Source: Candidatus Parvarchaeota archaeon
Lineage (GTDB): Archaea; Nanobdellota; Nanobdellia; WJKC01
Length of the DNA stretch: 64,000 nt
Reading direction: 5' to 3'
Assembly: GCA_017608505.1 (NCBI GenBank)
Contig: JAFCFT010000001.1
Span: 5,833-69,832 of the forward strand
The notes below the pieces were generated by a model. That model was given only the letters and a program-made list of their open reading frames with translations. It ran no database searches and was not told the origin of the DNA. Positions 28,695-38,341 of this stretch are shown in pieces. A program made the translations under genes and the position numbers. Within the stretch, counting starts at the first letter, position 1. Each line of letters starts with the position of its first letter.

Positions 28695-30134
28695 TTATAT
28701 ATGTTTATTACTTCTTTTTGGTAATAATATTTTTCTAAGTAAGCTCTTGAACAAAGTTTTGTCTTCTTTGTCAAATACAAAGTAATTTATGCAAACAAGA
28801 TATGTTATTGCGCCAAGCAGGTAAATAATTGCTTTGTAAATAAATGCTGTCTCAATAAGCAGTCCAGGAAGTATTGTTAGATTTAATAAGATGACTATAA
28901 AATATGTTTTTAAAGGATGTTTAATCCTCTTTTTTAGGATTGTATTTAAGAAGACGAATGAAGCCATTATTGATATTAAGTAAGCGACTGCAGCGCCAAA
29001 AGCCAGATAATTAATGGCTAGTGGAATCAAACATACAATTATTAAAGTCCTAATGATGTAGTTGATTAACACATATAATGGCTTTCCAATACCGTATGCA
29101 ATCGATTCAAAAAATTGATTATATGCTGAAAAAAATATTGCAATAATCATAATTTTTAATACATTGCTCATGGCTAAGTAATTGGCTCCTAAAAGTAAAC
29201 TGATTGTTAAATTTGTTGCAAGGGCAAATGTTAAACACATTGGTAAAATGGCGATTAAAAAATATTTCATAATGCGTTGTGTGATTTCTCTAATATCTCC
29301 AATACTTGCTTTTGGAATGTTTGGCCATACCGCAGTTGCAAGCGCGGTTGGTATAAGGAATATTAATAAGCTAATTCTATTTGAGGCGTCAAAATATCCT
29401 AATTGAGCAGTGTTAAATCCTAAAGCAAGATTTAATAAGTAGTTAGATAAAAAAAAGAATATAGAACCAGCATATGAAATTAATGAGTATTTGATTAATT
29501 TGCCCTTGTTGAATTTATTAGCAGTTTTGCGCCAATATTTTTTATGTATTATAAATACAAAAAAGAAGATGCAAGACAATAAGTAACTGATTCCATATCC
29601 AACTAGTGCTCCGATGATGCCAAGTCCTAAAAGTACGAAGATTACGGCCAAAAATTTAAGCAAGTTAAATGTTATGTCAAGGTACATTCCATATTTTAGT
29701 TTTTTAAATGCCATAAACACATACGGGTACAATTGAAGGAACATGAACGGCGTTGTAATAATAGCAACTATTTTTAAGTAATAGTTAAGTTCTGGATTGC
29801 CATACAATGAACTGATGATTCCTGATGAGAAAAAAAGGATTGTGCAAGCAGCTAAAATTATAATGAATTTTATTTTAAAGACAAATTTGAGAATGCTTGA
29901 ACTTTTGTTCAAATATTTTGGAATAAAATAAGGCAAAGAAGTATCTAATCCTAAGGAAGTGAATTGATGAAGCATAAATATAAAAGTTGTACTTAAGCTA
30001 AGAAGCCCATAATTGCTTGGCCCAAGATATCTAGCAAGCAGGTATACAACCAGCATTGATAAAATTGCAGAAACTGTTTTGCCAATTAGATGCCATAAAG
30101 CATTTTTTCCAATCTCTTTTACTTGGATACTCAT
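28695..30134 (-). CDS. MOP-superfamily oligosaccharide/polysaccharide flippase (Wzx-like)
   Basis: 479 aa with ~12-14 TM helices. N-terminus NALWHLIGKTVSAILSMLVVYLLARYLGPSNYGLLSL is typical of polysaccharide biosynthesis (Wzx/RfbX) proteins. Confidence 0.7.
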   Translation of the reverse strand: MSIQVKEIGKNALWHLIGKTVSAILSMLVVYLLARYLGPSNYGLLSLSTTFIFMLHQFTSLGLDTSLPYFIPKYLNKSSSILKFVFKIKFIIILAACTILFFSSGIISSLYGNPELNYYLKIVAIITTPFMFLQLYPYVFMAFKKLKYGMYLDITFNLLKFLAVIFVLLGLGIIGALVGYGISYLLSCIFFFVFIIHKKYWRKTANKFNKGKLIKYSLISYAGSIFFFLSNYLLNLALGFNTAQLGYFDASNRISLLIFLIPTALATAVWPNIPKASIGDIREITQRIMKYFLIAILPMCLTFALATNLTISLLLGANYLAMSNVLKIMIIAIFFSAYNQFFESIAYGIGKPLYVLINYIIRTLIIVCLIPLAINYLAFGAAVAYLISIMASFVFLNTILKKRIKHPLKTYFIVILLNLTILPGLLIETAFIYKAIIYLLGAITYLVCINYFVFDKEDKTLFKSLLRKILLPKRSNKHI

Positions 30135-30211
30135 TAATTCATAATTAAATAAAACCTATTTTATAAATTAATATAGTAATATTTAAATTGTAATTTTTAA
30201 TTAGTCAACAC

Positions 30212-31687
30212 ATGAAGGTTTTAATTGCTAATCCGCCATGGATTGCAGGAGATAGGTGTGGGGTTAGAGCTGGTTCAAGGTGGCCCAGTACTAGTAAAAA
30301 AGAAAAGGTTGATTACAAAAATAGATACATGCCATTCCCATTTAATCTTGCATATGCTGCAGCAGTGCTTGAGGATGCAGGGCATAAAGTAAAAGTTATT
30401 GATGGAATTGCAGAAGATTTAAGTAAAAAGGAGTTTGTTCAAAGAGCTAAGAGAGTAAAGCCAGAGATATTCTTTATGGAGTGTGCTACTGCTTCAATAT
30501 ATGCAGATCTTAAGTGGGCTGAAATAATGAAACATGAACTAAATTGTCCTATCATATTCGCCGGCACTCATATAACTGCTCTTCCAAAAGAGGTTTTGGC
30601 AAGTCCAAATATTGACTATGGGTTGTTAGGCGAGTACGAGTACACTTTTAGAGAGCTTCTTAATCGCCTTGAGCGCAAAAAACCCATTTCAAAAGTTTTG
30701 GGTTTGGCTTATAAAAGAGGTAAGAAGGTCATAATTAATGAAAGAAGACCCTTGCTGGACTACAACGAGTTGCCTATGCCTGCCAGGCATTTATTTAATA
30801 TGAAATTATATCATGACACCTTTTGTCTTAATTATCCAACAATTCAAGTGATGACTAGTAGAGGTTGCCCTTTTAATTGCATATTCTGCTTAGAGCCCAA
30901 TGTTTGGTATGGGCCTAGATGGAGGGTAAGATCTCTTGAAAATGTCAGAAAAGAAATAAGCCAGGTTATTGAAGATTATAAGCCAAAGGAAATTTACTTT
31001 GATGATTCAACATTCACTGTAAGAGAAGATAGAACAATCTCAATCAGTCGTCTTATGAGGGAGTTTGGTCTTCCATGGTCATGTATGACTAGTGTTAACA
31101 CAATAAGATCTAAAAAAATGCTTGAAGAAATGGCGCGGGGTGGTTGCTACAGGGTTAAGTTTGGCTTAGAAAGTGCGCATCCAAAAGTATTGAAATTTAC
31201 TGGCAAGCCATACAATTTAAGGCATGTTGTTAAGGCATTAAAGTGGGCAAATGATGTAGGCATAGGTTGCCACATTACAATGATGGTTGGTTTGCCAGGA
31301 GAAACCAAAACAACAATGAAGAGAACTTTTAATTTTGCTAAAAAGTTAGCTTTAGATGGGCTTGTTGAAAGCATTCAATGGAGCATTGCAACACCATATC
31401 CTGGAACTAAGTTTTACAAAATGTGTGTGGATAATAAATGGATAGTATCAAAGGACTGGAGCAAGTATGATGGAAGCAACAGTTGCGTAATAAATTACAA
31501 GAATTTGTCAAAAAATGAGATTGAAGAGCATTTTAAGAATTTAGAAAGTTATTGGCGCTACGAAGTATTGAACGCTAATGTGATATTAAAGAAGATAATG
31601 ATTAACTTGAAAACAAAAGGAATTAAGGCAATCCCTTATCTGTCTAGGAGATTTGCATCATTATTGATGTATAAGCTTAGAAAGTAA
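30212..31687 (+). CDS. B12-binding-domain radical SAM protein (class B rSAM)
   Basis: N-terminal cobalamin-binding-like Rossmann region (KVIDGIAEDL...IIFAGTHITALP). Radical SAM cluster motif TSRGCPFNCIFCLEP (CX3CX2C). Confidence 0.8.
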   Translation: MKVLIANPPWIAGDRCGVRAGSRWPSTSKKEKVDYKNRYMPFPFNLAYAAAVLEDAGHKVKVIDGIAEDLSKKEFVQRAKRVKPEIFFMECATASIYADLKWAEIMKHELNCPIIFAGTHITALPKEVLASPNIDYGLLGEYEYTFRELLNRLERKKPISKVLGLAYKRGKKVIINERRPLLDYNELPMPARHLFNMKLYHDTFCLNYPTIQVMTSRGCPFNCIFCLEPNVWYGPRWRVRSLENVRKEISQVIEDYKPKEIYFDDSTFTVREDRTISISRLMREFGLPWSCMTSVNTIRSKKMLEEMARGGCYRVKFGLESAHPKVLKFTGKPYNLRHVVKALKWANDVGIGCHITMMVGLPGETKTTMKRTFNFAKKLALDGLVESIQWSIATPYPGTKFYKMCVDNKWIVSKDWSKYDGSNSCVINYKNLSKNEIEEHFKNLESYWRYEVLNANVILKKIMINLKTKGIKAIPYLSRRFASLLMYKLRK

Positions 31688-32551
31688 GTATTTGATAGTG
31701 TAATATGTTCTGCCTAATTCAAATACAAATTTTTGAATTATTTTATAAGGTTTAATTTTGCTCGCTGAAAGCAGTATTAAAGGAGCAAAGAGTAATGGGT
31801 TTAATGGGCCTATAAAAAACATAATAGTAATTGCTACTTTAAGCAAGTGATTTATTAAATTCTTGTCTAAGTATTTTAGGTGTCTTAATTCGCCTTGGCT
31901 TGTACTGAAGATATCTTTTAGCACAGCGCTAAAGTTTTGGTAAGATTTCAGATGAACGCTTTTTAATCTTGGGTCATAGATTATTACGCCTCCTTTCTTA
32001 AGCATTCTTAAAAACCAGTCCATATCCTCCCCATTTCTTGTGAAAAATGGGTCGAAGTATCCTGTTTTGTAAACCCATTCTTTTTTTATTAAGTAACAAA
32101 AGGGCAGTATGAAAAAGTTGTCCTCGCGCAGCACCATTTCATTATCAGGTCCTTCATATGAGTGAAATATTAAATCCCACTTTGTTTTTCTAACCCAGTC
32201 TACTTTGCCACAAATTGCTGCTGAGTTTTTCTTTTTAAATTCTTTATTAGCGAGCGCGTTCCTGAACCAATTTTTATCAAGTATTATGTCTGAATCGAGG
32301 AATAACAAATACTTAAATTTTTTATTTTTTAAGTAATTAAGTGCGTAATTCCTGGTTTTTCCAAGACCCGAATGTTCTTTTGAAATGATTGTTATATTGT
32401 TTTTATATTTATTTTTTAGTTTTTTGATAAATTTTTTTTCTGAACCGTCATCTATTAAGAATATTTTATATTTGCCTTTTTGCCTTAATATTGAGTTAAT
32501 TGTTTCAGAAACTTTATAACAATTATAGCAAGGTATTACAATATAAATCAT
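31661..32551 (-). CDS. Family-2 glycosyltransferase (GT2) with C-terminal TM
   Basis: IYIVIPCYNCYKVSETINSILRQ...FLIDDGSE...LLFLDSDIIL (DxD). Confidence 0.7.
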   Translation of the reverse strand: MIYIVIPCYNCYKVSETINSILRQKGKYKIFLIDDGSEKKFIKKLKNKYKNNITIISKEHSGLGKTRNYALNYLKNKKFKYLLFLDSDIILDKNWFRNALANKEFKKKNSAAICGKVDWVRKTKWDLIFHSYEGPDNEMVLREDNFFILPFCYLIKKEWVYKTGYFDPFFTRNGEDMDWFLRMLKKGGVIIYDPRLKSVHLKSYQNFSAVLKDIFSTSQGELRHLKYLDKNLINHLLKVAITIMFFIGPLNPLLFAPLILLSASKIKPYKIIQKFVFELGRTYYTIKYLLSKLIHQ

Positions 32552-32576
32552 TATTTAATTTTAATCATGGTTATTT

Positions 32577-33494
32577 TTAAAAATATGATGTTTTAAAAAA
32601 GTAGAATATTGTTACCAGGGATCTTAGTATTCCAACAATAATTGAGTATAGTGTTACGTGTATTAGTTTTATTCCATAATAATTAATGATTAATAATACT
32701 GCGACGTACGCAACAGTTAATATAACGCTTATTGGGATTAAAGCATTTAGTATTATAAGCAGGAATATGCTTGCTCTGCAGAAATTAATTAATAACATTT
32801 TAAGAGCGTGCCATTTATCCTTTTTGTAAAGAGTGCTTAATCCTTTGCCATAAGAGACGCCTTGTTTTAAATAATCAATAAGTGTGTTGGGGTCTTCATG
32901 GAAGACTATTAATTGTGGGTCATGGTATGCTTTAAATCCCATTTCGTAAAACTTTTTAGTTATTAAGTAATCTTCAAAATATGAAACCGATTCGTCATAT
33001 CCTCCTAATTTTTTTATTACGCTTTTTTTAAAAGTGAAAACATACGCCCCTTTCTCAAATCCAGGCTTTAAAATTCTTGACTGGAATTTTTTATAGCGCT
33101 CATTAATCATTTTTGAAACCATTGTTTTAGGATTCTTAGTGTAAACATTCCAAGTAACTGCATCCGCTTTTTGTTCTTTAAAATGATTTATTATCTTTTT
33201 AATGAAGTGCTTATTAAATGTAATGTCTGCATCAACAAATATAATGTATTTGCCTTTTGCAATTCGAAGACCGGCATTTCTAGCTTTTGCAGCATTGCCC
33301 CCTTTTATATTAATTAATTTGATTCTTTTATCTTTCTTAATGTAAGATTCAACAATTTCCTTAGTTTTATCAGTGCTTGAGTCGTTTACAACAATTAACT
33401 CATAATCTTTAAAAGTTTGTTTGAGAACAGATTCAATAGCGCCCTTAATTGAAGCCTCTTCATTATGAGCAGGTATTATGATGCTTGCTTCCAT
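32577..33494 (-). CDS. Family-2 glycosyltransferase (GT2) with C-terminal TM helices
   Basis: IIIPAHNEEASIKGAIESVLKQTFKDYELIVVNDSSTDKT...IIFVDADI. Two or three C-terminal TM segments. Confidence 0.8.
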   Translation of the reverse strand: MEASIIIPAHNEEASIKGAIESVLKQTFKDYELIVVNDSSTDKTKEIVESYIKKDKRIKLINIKGGNAAKARNAGLRIAKGKYIIFVDADITFNKHFIKKIINHFKEQKADAVTWNVYTKNPKTMVSKMINERYKKFQSRILKPGFEKGAYVFTFKKSVIKKLGGYDESVSYFEDYLITKKFYEMGFKAYHDPQLIVFHEDPNTLIDYLKQGVSYGKGLSTLYKKDKWHALKMLLINFCRASIFLLIILNALIPISVILTVAYVAVLLIINYYGIKLIHVTLYSIIVGILRSLVTIFYFFKTSYF

Positions 33495-33575
33495 ACTTTA
33501 GAGAATTGGCTTGTAGTATTTATTGTTTTTTAAAAACCAAAAATCTTTTAATTAGTAACTAGTAATTTTCTCCTT

Positions 33576-34730
33576 ATGAAAGTAACCTTTGTAAGTTTAT
33601 TTGATTATGATATGAGTCCTGGCATAAGAATAATGTCTCTTGCTAAAGAATTGGTTAAAAAAGGATTATCTGTTGACTATGTTAATGCTGCTTGGGTCAA
33701 GGGTATTGGATCTAAGAAAAAAAAAGATCATGTATATTGCGGAGTCAATGTAAAATACATAAAAGCAAAAAAAAGCAAGTTAAGTATTCTGTTATCAACA
33801 AGCCAAATGCTTAAGAAATTAAATTCCAGTGACTTTTTCCATTTAAGTAAGGCGTTGCCAATTCATTCCATACCATTTTACATAGCTAAGAAATTTAAAA
33901 AGGGAAAATTTATCTTGGACCTTGATGACTGGGAAAGTGTTGGTGGTGGGTCATCATTTAGCAATACTGATTTTAGTAAAAGAATAATGATCACTTTTCT
34001 TGAAGAATACTTGTCAAGAAAAGCTGAAGGAGTGACAGTAGCTAGCAAAGTTCTTGAAAAACGAGTTAAAGACATGGGTGTAAAAAATGTATTATATATT
34101 CCTAATGGAGCTGATTACGAGTTATTTAATCCTGAAAATTACGATAAGAACAAATTAAGAAAAAAATATGGATTTAAGAAAACAGATTTTATACTTTGTT
34201 ATGTTGGCACTTTACCAAAAACCTTATCAGCAGTCGATCAAATTATTGAGGCAGTAAAATCATTAAAGGATGTAAAATTATTGCTTGTTGGTTTTGGCGA
34301 AGGACTGAATAGATTAAAGAGGTATTGCAATAAAAATAATTTAAGAAAGCGGGTGATATTTACTGGGCGCGTAAAGCACGATGCTGTACCTGAATATATA
34401 ATGGCAAGTGATGCTTGTTTGCTTCCTTATAGTGATAAATATCCTGAAGTTTTATACAATAGGGCAAGAAATTCTGTAAAACTTTTTGAGTACATGAGCA
34501 TGGCTAAGCCAGTGATTGCAAGTGATTTAGGAGAGTTAAGTATCGCGCTTAGGGGGACTAAATTGTTATTTAAGCCTGATTGTGTTGAAGCGTTAATTAA
34601 TACTATTAATAAAGTCAAGAATTCTAATCTAAAAAAAATAGGCAATGAAATGAGGCAGAGAGTTATAAAAGAATACAATTATAAAATACAAGCTGAGAGG
34701 TTGCTTAAATTTTATAAGAAGTTACTATGA
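33576..34730 (+). CDS. Family-4 glycosyltransferase (GT4)
   Basis: YVGTLPKTLSAVDQII...LLVGFGEG...NSVKLFEYMSMAKPVIASDLGE. Confidence 0.7.
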   Translation: MKVTFVSLFDYDMSPGIRIMSLAKELVKKGLSVDYVNAAWVKGIGSKKKKDHVYCGVNVKYIKAKKSKLSILLSTSQMLKKLNSSDFFHLSKALPIHSIPFYIAKKFKKGKFILDLDDWESVGGGSSFSNTDFSKRIMITFLEEYLSRKAEGVTVASKVLEKRVKDMGVKNVLYIPNGADYELFNPENYDKNKLRKKYGFKKTDFILCYVGTLPKTLSAVDQIIEAVKSLKDVKLLLVGFGEGLNRLKRYCNKNNLRKRVIFTGRVKHDAVPEYIMASDACLLPYSDKYPEVLYNRARNSVKLFEYMSMAKPVIASDLGELSIALRGTKLLFKPDCVEALINTINKVKNSNLKKIGNEMRQRVIKEYNYKIQAERLLKFYKKLL

Positions 34731-35779
34731 AAATCGCTCAAATAATAATCGGCTACAATAAAGAAATTGGAGGATATGGCAGGCATGTGAATTTAATAAC
34801 AGGCGAATTAAAGAAAAGGGGGCACAATGTTGCAATAATTACTACAAAGTATTCTCCGGGAAAGTACGGCGATGAAAAAGGAGTTATAAGATTGTGGAAC
34901 GACCCTTTATTGAAAATCACTCCTTCGCTTTTTACGCATTTGTTAAGCAATGATTATGATTTAGTTCACGTTCACGGGTACCCAAGTTTTTTGCCATTTA
35001 TTGCTTGTCTTGCTAAAGAATTTAAGAACTTTCCGCTTGTATTCACTCCGCATTATCACCCCTTTGGCCACAAGCCGCTTCCATTAAGAAGATTATTTGA
35101 TCTGACTTTTGGCAATTATTCATTAAAAAAGCCAGATTATGTTGTTGCATTAACAGATTACGAAAAAAGATTGTTGAGGCGCAGAGGAGCAAAAAAAATA
35201 AGTGTGATTCCAAATCCAATAAAAACTGAAAATTTAAGAAAAATTAAAGGTTTTAAGAAAAAGTTTGGTATTGCCGGGCCTTTTATTGTCTTTGTTGGGA
35301 GAATAGAGAAAGACAAAGGTCTTGAATACTTAATAGATGCTGTTATGGGGCTTCCAGTTACTCTTGTCATTATTGGCGAGGATGCTGGATATAAAAAAGA
35401 GCTTAAAGAAAGTGAAAATGTGTTGTTTACAGGGGCATTGTCTCAAAAAGATTTGATGAGCGCTTACACTGAGTGCGAGTTTTTAGTTTTGCCAAGCAAG
35501 TACGAAGCTTTTGGCATAGTGCTCATTGAGGCAATGTATTATGGAAAGCCTGTGATTGCCACAAATGTTGGGCCAATCCCTTCAATTGTCAAAGATGCAG
35601 GTCTGCTAGTGAAATATGGAGATGTAAAAGGGCTTCGCACCTCAATAAAGAAATTGTTAAAAGACGAGAAATTAAGAATCTTAATGGGCAAAGAAGCGCA
35701 AAGGCACGCACAAATTTATGATGTTAAAAATGTTGTTGACAAATTAATGAAAGTATACGAGAGCGCGGTGAAAAAATGA
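34727..35779 (+). CDS. Family-4 glycosyltransferase (GT4)
   Basis: FVGRIEKDKGLEYL...PSKYEAFGIVLIEAMYYGKPVIATNVG (E-x7-E). ATGA coupling at both ends. Confidence 0.8.
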   Translation: MKIAQIIIGYNKEIGGYGRHVNLITGELKKRGHNVAIITTKYSPGKYGDEKGVIRLWNDPLLKITPSLFTHLLSNDYDLVHVHGYPSFLPFIACLAKEFKNFPLVFTPHYHPFGHKPLPLRRLFDLTFGNYSLKKPDYVVALTDYEKRLLRRRGAKKISVIPNPIKTENLRKIKGFKKKFGIAGPFIVFVGRIEKDKGLEYLIDAVMGLPVTLVIIGEDAGYKKELKESENVLFTGALSQKDLMSAYTECEFLVLPSKYEAFGIVLIEAMYYGKPVIATNVGPIPSIVKDAGLLVKYGDVKGLRTSIKKLLKDEKLRILMGKEAQRHAQIYDVKNVVDKLMKVYESAVKK

Positions 35780-35866
35780 AAGTCACAATAGGGATTGCAG
35801 CCCGAGGCGGGGACACCTACGGTTGTAGGCGGTGTGTAAAATGAAAGTCACAATAGGGATTGCAGC
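35773..35866. repeat. 29-nt exact direct repeat (35773-35801 and 35838-35866) flanking a 36-nt GC-rich spacer that contains a hairpin
   Basis: AAAATGAAAGTCACAATAGGGATTGCAGC occurs twice, 65 nt apart. GCGGTG also precedes both copies (35765, 35829). The spacer 35802-35837 has 24 G/C in 36 nt. Hairpin ACACCTAC-GGTT-GTAGG(CGG)TGT at 35813-35835. Confidence 0.9.
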
Positions 35867-36695
35867 GTATAAGGAGCCAAGGATTGCTAAATGCTTAAAT
35901 GCAATACTTAATGAGAAATTAAGAAATTTGGAAATAATTGTTGCGTGCCCTGATGAGGAAACTGCATCTTTAGTCAGGAAATTTAAGAAAGCAATTCTAA
36001 TTAAAGAGTCTAAAAAAGAAGGCAAGCCTGCAGCAATTAATAAAATACTAAAAAGGGCCAAGGGCGATATAATTGTAATTACAGACGCTGACATGGTTAT
36101 CAAGAAGGGAAGCTTAAAGAAGTTGCTCTCGCACTTTAAAGACAAAAGTGTGGGCGTTGTCTGCGGACATCCTGTTGTCACTAATAAGAGAGACAACATG
36201 CTTGGGTTTTGGGGGCATCTTTTGTACGATATAGCTCACAAAAGAAGGCTTGCAGGCGCAAAGCACGTGACAATGAATTTATGCGCTTTTAGAAAAGGAA
36301 TTGTTAAAAAAATAAATAGAGAGGCCCTTGTTGACGATTACATAATAGGCGTTGAAAATGAGAGAAAGGGTTACAAATTTGTTTACGAGCCAAATGCAGT
36401 AGTTTATGTTACTTTTCCAACAAACACAAAGGATTTCTTAAAGCAAAGAATAAGGACGTTTGCTGGCTACATGCAAATAAAAGACTGGTATGGCGAAGGC
36501 GAAAGAAGTTTTGCTCAAGAAGTAAAACATGGCGCAAACGTTTTTTCTTATCCAAAGAATTTTAAAGAATGGGTTTGGCTTGGCTTGCTGTTTGTTTATA
36601 GATTAGTTGCATGGATTAAGGCGTACTGGGTTTACAAGGTAAAGAAGAAGAAACTTGTTGAGATTTGGAAGCCTGCTTTAAGTACTAAGACATAA
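35841..36695 (+). CDS. Family-2 glycosyltransferase (GT2)
   Basis: MKVTIGIAAYKEPRIAKCLNAIL...KEGKPAAINKIL...IVITDADMVI (DxD). ATG at 35841 preferred over GTG at 35832. Confidence 0.7.
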   Translation: MKVTIGIAAYKEPRIAKCLNAILNEKLRNLEIIVACPDEETASLVRKFKKAILIKESKKEGKPAAINKILKRAKGDIIVITDADMVIKKGSLKKLLSHFKDKSVGVVCGHPVVTNKRDNMLGFWGHLLYDIAHKRRLAGAKHVTMNLCAFRKGIVKKINREALVDDYIIGVENERKGYKFVYEPNAVVYVTFPTNTKDFLKQRIRTFAGYMQIKDWYGEGERSFAQEVKHGANVFSYPKNFKEWVWLGLLFVYRLVAWIKAYWVYKVKKKKLVEIWKPALSTKT

Positions 36696-36733
36696 TAAAA
36701 TTTATAAGATAATAATTATAGAATCAATAAGTT

Positions 36734-38317
36734 ATGAAATTAAAAAACAAGCTGTTTTACGCTTTTATAGCAACGTACTTTGTATTCTTGCTTGTAAATG
36801 TAAGTCCTTATTACTTGGACGCTGATGAAGGTTCGCATGCGCTTACTTCAGTCTTTTTTTCAAGATTTTATGAAGACTTTTTTAGCAGTCCTACGTTTTC
36901 ATTAAGAGATATTTACAATTATGCAAAAGCCTATTATGTCCGCTATCCAAAATTTTCTTTTATTTACGGGCCAGTGTTTCCTTTAATAATGGGTGCTGTG
37001 CTTTTGCTTACAGGCCCTTCGATTGCAGTGATAAGAATTGTTGAAGCTCTTTTGGGAACCGCCACTCTTATAGTATTTTATTACGCATTGCGAAACTGGT
37101 ATGATGAAAATGTTTCTCTTCTTGCAACAGCTCTTTTAGGGACTTCAGGGCTTTTTGTTACGCTTTCGCTTAAAGTAATGCTTGACATTCCTTGCTTCTT
37201 TTTTTATATGCTGGGCTTTTATTTCTTCACAAAAAAACGCTATTTTTACTCTGGATTATTTTTAGGATTAAGCATTTTGACAAAGGAAATCGCACTCGTG
37301 TTTTCAGGAGCGCTTCTAATTGCAGCCATGACTAATTATAAGAAAGTGAAATTTAAAGGATTGTTATTAATGTGTGTTGGCATTGCTGTTTTTGTTCTTC
37401 CTTATTTTGCACTGCTTTACTTCACGCAGGGCGGGCTTGATGTTGTATTAAGACTGCCGTTAAGACAGCAATATTATGGAATAAGTGACTCAGACCCGCA
37501 GTGGTACGAGCTTTATGGCTGGATATACCCTTTTGTTATAATTGCCAATAACTTTTCTTTGATTTTTGTGCTTGCTTTGATTCCTTCTTTGTATTATGTT
37601 TTTAAGCATAAGAATTTTGCAAACAAGACTTTGCTTGCGCTTTTTTTAGTTATGTATTTGTCTGTTGTTTTTTTTACTGACAAAAATGAGAAGTTTATAC
37701 TATTGGGAACAGGATTTTGCGCAGCAATCACTTCAATAGGCTTAAACAAGATGTTTAAGTATTATGCTTCAAATAAGGCAAGATTTGCAATTTTATTTGC
37801 AACAGTTTTAATGATGGTTGCAAGTGTGCCAGCAGACAACTCAAAGCCAGAGGTTCCAATGAGCAATGTTGCAGAGTACTTAGTTAATAACTGCAAAAAC
37901 TGCACAATTTTAGTTGCTTCAGAAGTAGGAAGCGTGTATGACAGCTACTTGTTGTACGAGTCTTTTGTAAGAGACAAAGATGCAACTTTGCGCTTTATAA
38001 GACCAACAATATTTTCATCAGTGAATGCAAAAGAAGCAATAGAAAATAATTCAGTAAGCAAAGTCATTGTTATTGGAGATTATGATTTCATAAAAAGAAA
38101 TGAAGAAATCAAGCCATACTTAAACAATGTTGAGTATGTAATTAATAAGTATGATGTTGCAAAAGTCTATGATTCGGACATAGTTGGCAAAATAATTATT
38201 TATGATACGAAGATTGCGCCAAGCCAAAAAGTTCCTATGTGCTTTACAGCGCTTGCAATTAATAAGAGTTTTTGCACAGAGTTTTTAAGGCCAAAAGACG
38301 CATTAAAATCCTTATAA
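36734..38317 (+). CDS. GT-C glycosyltransferase, ArnT/PMT-like (GT39/83-like)
   Basis: First loop YYLDADEGSHALTS (DE motif). About 11 TM helices, then a ~170-aa soluble C-terminal domain. Confidence 0.6.
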   Translation: MKLKNKLFYAFIATYFVFLLVNVSPYYLDADEGSHALTSVFFSRFYEDFFSSPTFSLRDIYNYAKAYYVRYPKFSFIYGPVFPLIMGAVLLLTGPSIAVIRIVEALLGTATLIVFYYALRNWYDENVSLLATALLGTSGLFVTLSLKVMLDIPCFFFYMLGFYFFTKKRYFYSGLFLGLSILTKEIALVFSGALLIAAMTNYKKVKFKGLLLMCVGIAVFVLPYFALLYFTQGGLDVVLRLPLRQQYYGISDSDPQWYELYGWIYPFVIIANNFSLIFVLALIPSLYYVFKHKNFANKTLLALFLVMYLSVVFFTDKNEKFILLGTGFCAAITSIGLNKMFKYYASNKARFAILFATVLMMVASVPADNSKPEVPMSNVAEYLVNNCKNCTILVASEVGSVYDSYLLYESFVRDKDATLRFIRPTIFSSVNAKEAIENNSVSKVIVIGDYDFIKRNEEIKPYLNNVEYVINKYDVAKVYDSDIVGKIIIYDTKIAPSQKVPMCFTALAINKSFCTEFLRPKDALKSL

Positions 38318-38341
38318 GTGTGTTATAATTAAAAAATTATA

